Assembly: GCA_030606485.1 (NCBI GenBank)
Contig: JAUWGH010000002.1
Location: 60,001 to 92,000, forward strand
Direction of reading: 5' to 3'
Origin: Promethearchaeota archaeon
Lineage (GTDB): Archaea > Asgardarchaeota > Lokiarchaeia > Sigyniarchaeales > SOKP01
Length of the DNA: 32,000 nucleotides
Numbering within the stretch: position 1 is the stretch's first letter; every line of letters starts with the position of its first letter. Below the pieces are notes generated by a model, which saw nothing but the letters and a program-made list of their open reading frames with translations, was not told the DNA's origin and searched no databases. The position numbers were made by a program, and so were the translations under genes. Below are positions 26,901-32,000 of this stretch, one piece after another.

Positions 26901-28044
26901 TCAATATTTCAATAGAATCAATAAAAATTTCTGGTTTAATTAAAATATTTTCAGCAGGGGAAGTATCACCGGTTATTTGGCTTCTTTGGACTGTGCTATT
27001 TGCTCGATAAAGTGAAATATTTAATTTTGAATTTAAATCTGCCGATAAATTTAGAGCTCTTATCCACGCTTGAAAACCATATACTGTAGCATCTCCTCTT
27101 AAATCAAACTCTAATGCAACATATGATTGATCTGTAATTGGTAATTCAAAAACTGAAGAGGCTGAAGCATCAAAATTATAAAAACTCAAATTATAATTAT
27201 TTGTATTATTCTTGAAATAAAACTGGAAAATACAATTACCTGTTTCATTGATAAACCTTGTATTTTCGTTAAAGATATCCAAATTTATTGTCTTTTTATT
27301 TGTATCGGAACTATTTATGAAAACATTTGAGGAGATATTTTTCCATGTATTTTCAAATCGATCCCAAATTTTAACTGACAAATTAACATTTTCTGTTAAA
27401 TTAACCGTAAAATCAACATAAATCTTACTTATATTAAGATAATTGAAATAAAATCCTACTGGATCTGAATTTTTTGTAAAATTAACGGTTATTGTAAAAT
27501 TAATAATATTGGATGTTGAATTTGCTTTCCAAAATGTGTTGGGATTTGCGATAGGATCATCTATCATCTCTAAAATACTTCCACTTATATTATTTCCACT
27601 AATTAGATTTAAAGTTGCATTATCAAATGGAAATGTTGCAATTGGAAATGGAAGATTATATGCTACATCATTTTCAATTTCATAAGTCGTATTGTAATTT
27701 TGATCAAATGTGAAATTAAATTCACCAGCTGTCAATTTCGAGTATAAATTGGGGGCAGTGATATTAAAAGAACCATTAGTCATTGTTGAAGTAGAGATAT
27801 TATTCATATATGCTCTTACCGTTTGATTTAATCCATCTCCATAAATTGGATTGTCTAAATCGGTTTGAGACATTGACGGATTATCCTTTTTATCATTAAA
27901 AGGATATTCAATGTAAGTATCATTTTTTTGATAAGATAAATTATTAGGAGTCATTATCAAAGAATGCAAAATGAATAATGTTAAAATTGTAACCGAAAAG
28001 ATACATTTTAATTTTGATTTTTTGATATTCACTCGTATTACCAT
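23998..28044 (-). CDS. Large membrane-anchored extracellular (surface-layer-like) glycoprotein
   Basis: N-terminal hydrophobic segment (CIFSVTILTLFILHSLIM); N/T/S-rich beta-type body with many N-x-S/T sequons; C-terminal TM helix (IVQLSILFLFIGIGCFYLLALLY) followed by a basic tail. Confidence 0.75.
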   Translation of the reverse strand: MVIRVNIKKSKLKCIFSVTILTLFILHSLIMTPNNLSYQKNDTYIEYPFNDKKDNPSMSQTDLDNPIYGDGLNQTVRAYMNNISTSTMTNGSFNITAPNLYSKLTAGEFNFTFDQNYNTTYEIENDVAYNLPFPIATFPFDNATLNLISGNNISGSILEMIDDPIANPNTFWKANSTSNIINFTITVNFTKNSDPVGFYFNYLNISKIYVDFTVNLTENVNLSVKIWDRFENTWKNISSNVFINSSDTNKKTINLDIFNENTRFINETGNCIFQFYFKNNTNNYNLSFYNFDASASSVFELPITDQSYVALEFDLRGDATVYGFQAWIRALNLSADLNSKLNISLYRANSTVQRSQITGDTSPAENILIKPEIFIDSIEILNYTDDSIVNFSFTTPITNLNVSNYFFIIKSNISTDAFHLMILPQTAPPLQGCDPDGLNNHLLLKTEDNGSSWVKVYEGSYHFFDASPFIINVTRGWMPNDILDITFENKTLSNMEISTYPYNESSTYTWGLGKWTGVFEEPINTSNGARFEITLNWNKSVTSHLFFNVSYSATAYSLENATAHYNCTYNSLPKWELNYTFNSDSSYFITNWSFLEFWYIYPLYWNSYDLLCADNISKYDESSAGILSENGIFGKYIVQNDTIIDTSNPDHNGVYSLKLTSFNCIYNMTTYLHFKNSHSWPTNGFMLGDNVSISLNVQDHDGKPVSDGMANASLFLSNGTKFVIWNLTDSEGIIDDTFNVTSYDFNNSNIFNSTFLSEKGSYTIGFFWKNGTAVGCKKKIFYLSDYDFNILDCTYDKEEGGNIFEGNLIRANTDLTNYSILITTVKESTGINTLDKFTINNIISEQFSNVDNLTVEITNFLQNETIISPDEKISFKIKVKNKDLNFPFNVRLSIQLISPINPNWIIAEVNTPNQLLNFTGTPNDSYEFYYNATLNNKNPDGTWNGINSPIRLGGCLTKIKVYIEDEFSGSWINNDYSIMIKDNETVFEGEILSFKYLEGITSRGLVLNFSRDDFNIPGITSFFINIIDEYYMSTLNQINKAFSFKLDSSFQNLSVNPSEVIWGKKFNLTAYLRNEKGGPISGEEIHYYFLNSSNNWQELLGTDGDNHNLTDLNGKAIMEIDSNQFTKNSSGKIKLNWTGNSYILSSEINYTIDFIIYSNEIILESVTNNTIFLRNKENQMDIIIKNVGTSILTDINITLITNFSYTLSKYNNYELNYLKPEETTGISYLISIPNIDDNNITILVNISFKTIQTNEENEFQNFLTYDLDDESLFTQIVQLSILFLFIGIGCFYLLALLYRVRINKKIEKIFEKPPERKRKGKYVKVSELRAKEIEKKDLDELLKEEKIK

Positions 28045-28298
28045 TATTTTAATTTATAAAAAATTAAAATCTCCTTAGATTTTAAAATTTATTAAATGAA
28101 AATTCATATTAAATTCGTTGTTATTTCTAATTCAATAGAAAAGATATTACGTATTGCAACAAATTATTAAATTTTTAATTTATATATTAAAATTTCAGAG
28201 ATTCCTTTAAATATAAAAGAAAAAATAAATGTTAATAGGATTGTAAGATTTAAACTGTTAATATAAAACAACTGAACAATTAATTAAGGGTTGATGAA

Positions 28299-29666
28299 TT
28301 GACTTATTTTAAATTGATTTTAGGTTATGAATGTGGAGTTGATAAATCAGTCTGTCCTTTAGGTTATCCAGAATATTGCCCAAGATGTATATTTAAAAAA
28401 TTTAATGATGCAGAATTCATAATAGACAAAATAGAGACAATAGAACAGGATTCTGATATAAAAAGACAAGAAATGAATTATAGATATATTTGGAAAAAAT
28501 ATAAAGATATTTTAAATATAAGACATATTATAATTCTTTCAAATAATGGAATTCCTACATATAATTTTGCCGTTGGAGATCATCCCATTGATGCAACTTT
28601 ATTGTCAGGATTTATTCAAGCAAATGTTCTATTTTCATCTGAAAAATTAGCAATAGCTGATAAAAAACGGACTTCTGAGGATATCTACGATAGAAAATTT
28701 TATGAATTCCAATATAAAGATTTTAATATTCTCTTACGGAATGGTAAGTTTTGTAGAATCTGTCTAATACTAGATAATAGCGCTTCATCTAATTTAAGAG
28801 AATTGTTATCACATTTTATAGAAATTTTTGAAAAGATCTATGGAGATAAATTGAAAGAATTTGAAAAAACAGGTAATTTAGAATTATTTAAATCTGTTAA
28901 TGAATTGATTGAAAAAATGTTTGAGGTAAATTTAATTTACCCACAGACTTTATCTGCTCAAATTCCTGCCAATATTATTGATAATTTCTCTCTCATTCAA
29001 AAAGCTGTATTTGAATATAGTAATGATTTGCTGAAGGAGAAACCATATTTTTTCATTCCACATATTTTAGATACAACTGCACGAATATTAGGAATTATTC
29101 CAAGAGAAGAAATACTTTGGAATATTTATCAAATGCTTAGACATAATATAATTCTAAGTAAAGATTTACAATTTCAGAGATATGAACTTGATATAAGAAG
29201 TCAGGAAAAACGCGAAAGAGAATTTGAAATTCGAAAGATTTTAGAGAAAAAAGAATTGGTAGAAATTCTAAATGAAAGTATATCAATAAGTATTGAAGAA
29301 GCCCATCAAAAAATGAAATTCTATCTTAAAAAAGCTGAGGTTGCTAAAAAAAATTCTGCGTCTCAAGAAGCTTTAAATGAATATGAAAAAGCACTTGTTT
29401 ACGCTAAAAAATATAATGCGGAAGCTGAAATCGGAAAGATTTCCTTTCAGATTATAGAAATCTTGAGATTTAATAAAGAAATAGAATTAGAATTTGCAAG
29501 AGAGCAATCAATTAAAGCAGAAAAGAAAAAAAATCATATAAAAACTTTAAAATATTTATTTGAAATTAAGGATATATTAACGTCCGAATTTGATGAAGCG
29601 AAAAATGAAAAGAAATTAATAAAATTAAATCAACATATAAAAAAGATTCAAAATTTACTGCGGTAG
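28299..29666 (+). CDS. Hypothetical protein with Cys-cluster N-terminus, longin-like domain and helical (TPR-like) C-terminus
   Basis: CGVDKSVCPLGYPEYCPRC; IRHIIILSNNGIPTYNF...TLLSGFIQA...F..E...FQYKDFNILLRNGKFCRICLIL longin-like pattern; ALNEYEKALVYAK helical repeats. Confidence 0.55.
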   Translation: MTYFKLILGYECGVDKSVCPLGYPEYCPRCIFKKFNDAEFIIDKIETIEQDSDIKRQEMNYRYIWKKYKDILNIRHIIILSNNGIPTYNFAVGDHPIDATLLSGFIQANVLFSSEKLAIADKKRTSEDIYDRKFYEFQYKDFNILLRNGKFCRICLILDNSASSNLRELLSHFIEIFEKIYGDKLKEFEKTGNLELFKSVNELIEKMFEVNLIYPQTLSAQIPANIIDNFSLIQKAVFEYSNDLLKEKPYFFIPHILDTTARILGIIPREEILWNIYQMLRHNIILSKDLQFQRYELDIRSQEKREREFEIRKILEKKELVEILNESISISIEEAHQKMKFYLKKAEVAKKNSASQEALNEYEKALVYAKKYNAEAEIGKISFQIIEILRFNKEIELEFAREQSIKAEKKKNHIKTLKYLFEIKDILTSEFDEAKNEKKLIKLNQHIKKIQNLLR

Positions 29667-29806
29667 ATTTATAATTTCTTAGTTGAATTGAAGGTTTTAA
29701 AAATTTTAAAAATTTTACAAAATTTTTAATTATTTTAACGTATCAACTAATATAGGTAGGTATAAAAATAAGTGATATGAGTTTATTTGTAAATTAGTGA
29801 ATTATT

Positions 29807-30979
29807 TTGGAAGAATTAAAACTTGAAGATACAGTAATTCTCATTGATTGCTCTCGCTCGATGATTAGAAGTGATTTTAAACCAAGAAGATTAACAGTAG
29901 CATTAAATTCAGTAAAAAACTTCATTTCTTCCAAAAATCTAATTGATCCTAAAGATCGAATTATGTTAATTACATATGGAAAAGGCACAAAAAGAGTAAG
30001 TCCTTTTTTGAATGATGAAACTAAGTTATTTAAACTATTAGAAAATGTAGAAATTTCGGGTCAGGGAAATTTAGTTGAAGGGATTAAATTTGCGATACAA
30101 ATCCTTGTTCAAGAAATGAGGAAAATCGGTGGTAAAGTTCAAAGAATATATATCATAACTGATGGAAATGTTGAAGATGTTAAACCTGATCTTGACAAAA
30201 TGGTTGATATTGCACAAGGGTTAGGGATTTTTATTGATATATGTCAAATTGGTAAGAGTCTGCATTATCAAGAAAATTATCTTAAAACAATAGCTCAAAA
30301 GACAAATGGTGAATTTGGTTATTTTAATAATTCGAAGGCATTAATGAGTGCAGGTAAAGCATTTGCATCAAAGAAAAATTTAAAGAAAACATCAGATTAT
30401 TTTTCTTCCAATAAATCTGAAGACCACCATCCACCGTTAGTGAATGATATTGCAGTAGAATTAAGACGTCCTACGGTATCCGAAATTAAAGCAATGATGG
30501 GAGGAAAAGGTCAGGAAAAATGTCAAATTTGCCATTCAATTAAAAACCCTCTCAATGGCGCTGATTTTTTTGCCAGTGGTCGCTATTGCCCTTCTTGTGG
30601 CCGACCATACCATCTACATTGCGCTGCTCTTTGGGCAAAGAAGTCAGAATATTCAATTTCCATTTTTCGATGCCCCTTCTGTTATTTTTTATTGAGAGTA
30701 CCTCAATCAATTATGAAAATGGTTAGTTCTATTTCAACAGAAAAAATTGGTATTAAAATTATTGATCAATCAGATAAAAAATCAACACGAATGATTAAAA
30801 TACTTCCAAATAAAATCACTGAGATAGATGAGTCCTGTTCGCAATGCAGAAATATTTTTTTAGGACAATATGATGTTTACCGTTGCGAGAATTGTGGTGC
30901 ATATTATCACGAACCATGCTTAAAGAAGATGTATAATGAAACTAAATCATGTAGAAACTGTGGTTCAATAATAATGTAA
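29807..30979 (+). CDS. VWA domain (Rpn10/Ssl1-like) plus two C-terminal RING/PHD-like zinc-binding domains
   Basis: LEDTVILIDCSRSMIRSDFKPRRL; Zn domain 1 CQIC..CPSC..H..C..CPFC; Zn domain 2 CSQC..CENC..H..C..CRNC. Confidence 0.75.
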   Translation: MEELKLEDTVILIDCSRSMIRSDFKPRRLTVALNSVKNFISSKNLIDPKDRIMLITYGKGTKRVSPFLNDETKLFKLLENVEISGQGNLVEGIKFAIQILVQEMRKIGGKVQRIYIITDGNVEDVKPDLDKMVDIAQGLGIFIDICQIGKSLHYQENYLKTIAQKTNGEFGYFNNSKALMSAGKAFASKKNLKKTSDYFSSNKSEDHHPPLVNDIAVELRRPTVSEIKAMMGGKGQEKCQICHSIKNPLNGADFFASGRYCPSCGRPYHLHCAALWAKKSEYSISIFRCPFCYFLLRVPQSIMKMVSSISTEKIGIKIIDQSDKKSTRMIKILPNKITEIDESCSQCRNIFLGQYDVYRCENCGAYYHEPCLKKMYNETKSCRNCGSIIM

Positions 30980-31082
30980 AGCATCATATAAATTCGAATA
31001 AATTTAACTGCAAATTTCTTTTTTAATTATATTTAATGTTAAGATGAGTAAGATTAAATTATAACATTTATTTAGATTAATA

Positions 31083-32000
31083 ATGACTGGGAAATTAATT
31101 GGCCGAAAAGATGGGAAAATTGCGATTTCACCGACAGTAAGAGGATTGTGGCCAATTTTTTTATCATATAGTATTATTGCCCTTACAATGGCTGCTTTTG
31201 TTTTAAATATGATAAATTTCTCCAAAATTATGTGGCCTAATGATGAATTCCATGCATTTGAAATGGGTTTAATCATATCAGTAAAATTTTTATCAATGGC
31301 TTTTTCAGGTATGATTATTGGACATCTCACAGACCTTTTTTCGAGAAAGAATTTATTTCTTTTTATCTTAAGTCTAATTGGATTCGCTTATCTCTTAAAT
31401 GGTTTTGCACCAGAAGCTGAAGGAATAATTTCTTGGGCATGGTTTCTCATATGTAATATGATAGCGGGGTTTGGACTTGGAGGTATCCGTCCGATATTAT
31501 TGAGCTACACTAACGATAATTTAGAAAAAGAGAATCGCTCCCAATTTTTTGGAATTTTTCATTCAATAGCCCAGATTTCATTAGTTATTGGTATGATTAT
31601 TTCATCATCCTTAATTTACGCAGGATACTGGAAAATTTATTATTGGAGTGTAGGTATAATGGTCATTTTAAGCACATTCATAATTGGTTTAAAAATCAAA
31701 GAACCCAAAAGAGCATTTCGATCTTTAGGTGTATTAACAGAAGTACTTGAAGATAAGAGCATTACATATAATTACCGTTTAACAAAAAAAACAGTTAAAT
31801 CAACGATTTTAAGGACAACTAATATTGTTGCCTTTATTGAAGGTATATTTACCTGTGTCTTATTAGGTACACTAAATTTTTTAATATTACCATATCTACA
31901 AACACCTCCATTAAATATTAGTTCAGTTTCTACTGCATTCATTGTAGTATTGTTTGGTATGCCTGGCGCATTCCTAGGTTCATTAGGTTTTGCAAAAAAA
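31083..32000 (+). CDS. MFS transporter, 3'-truncated by the window edge (absent from the ORF track)
   Basis: ATG 31083 MTGKLIGRKDGK..., open through the regions I translated; hydrophobic helices, motif A-like GHLTDLFSRK, AGFGLGG, ENRSQFFGIF, W..YY, KIKEPKR. Confidence 0.85.
   Translation, partial: MTGKLIGRKDGKIAISPTVRGLWPIFLSYSIIALTMAAFVLNMINFSKIMWPNDEFHAFEMGLIISVKFLSMAFSGMIIGHLTDLFSRKNLFLFILSLIGFAYLLNGFAPEAEGIISWAWFLICNMIAGFGLGGIRPILLSYTNDNLEKENRSQFFGIFHSIAQISLVIGMIISSSLIYAGYWKIYYWSVGIMVILSTFIIGLKIKEPKRAFRSLGVLTEVLEDKSITYNYRLTKKTVKSTILRTTNIVAFIEGIFTCVLLGTLNFLILPYLQTPPLNISSVSTAFIVVLFGMPGAFLGSLGFAKK

Noticed and set aside
29695-29729. Imperfect tandem TTTTAAAAA repeats in an intergenic region
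   Set aside because: Low-complexity A/T runs are expected by chance at this base composition; there is no spacer structure or second copy to support a function.
399-31330. Short shadow ORFs: 399-671, 4244-4474, 7100-7351, 10829-11026, 12728-12949, 14197-14445, 16725-16976, 17069-17275, 17714-17989, 21623-21805, 23091-23273, 29794-29988, 31004-31330
   Set aside because: Each overlaps a well-supported gene on the opposite strand or in another frame and shows no recognisable motifs; 31004-31330 is antisense to the MFS gene.
1-32000. tRNA, rRNA, CRISPR array or IS element
   Set aside because: No GC-rich structured RNA segment, regularly spaced repeats, transposase ORF or terminal inverted repeats were seen by eye; a covariance-model scan was not possible.

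Overview
A very AT-rich archaeal window, most likely Asgard (Lokiarchaeia/Helarchaeales-like). That assignment is inferred from roadblock/LC7, longin-like, DENN-like and Rpn10/Ssl1-like genes occurring beside archaeal Hdr/MvhD, PdaD, GH57 and ScpA genes. Gene order: two FrhB-family genes, a CCG-domain Fe-S oxidoreductase, a double-module HdrA, MvhD, a GNAT remnant, a DENN-like hypothetical, GNAT, pdaD, a tryptophanase-family lyase (-), an HMG-CoA-synthase-like/DUF35 fusion, a thiolase, a free-standing LAGLIDADG endonuclease, a MoxR AAA+ ATPase with its VWA partner, OsmC, wHTH, an MBL hydrolase, GH57 (-), ScpA (-), two roadblock genes, a 1348-aa surface protein (-), a longin-like protein, a VWA/double-Zn-finger protein and a partial MFS transporter. 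Main discovery: the MoxR gene starts at ATG 16032, not at 16153, and its Walker A motif is interrupted by a 31-nt insertion (16174-16204). The insertion folds into a bulge-helix-bulge-type splice motif, and its predicted endonuclease cuts regenerate GEPG-T-GKT exactly in frame (286 aa). This makes it a candidate tRNA-endonuclease-spliced mRNA intron, and it lies about 250 bp downstream of the free-standing LAGLIDADG gene. No tRNA, rRNA or CRISPR array was recognised.
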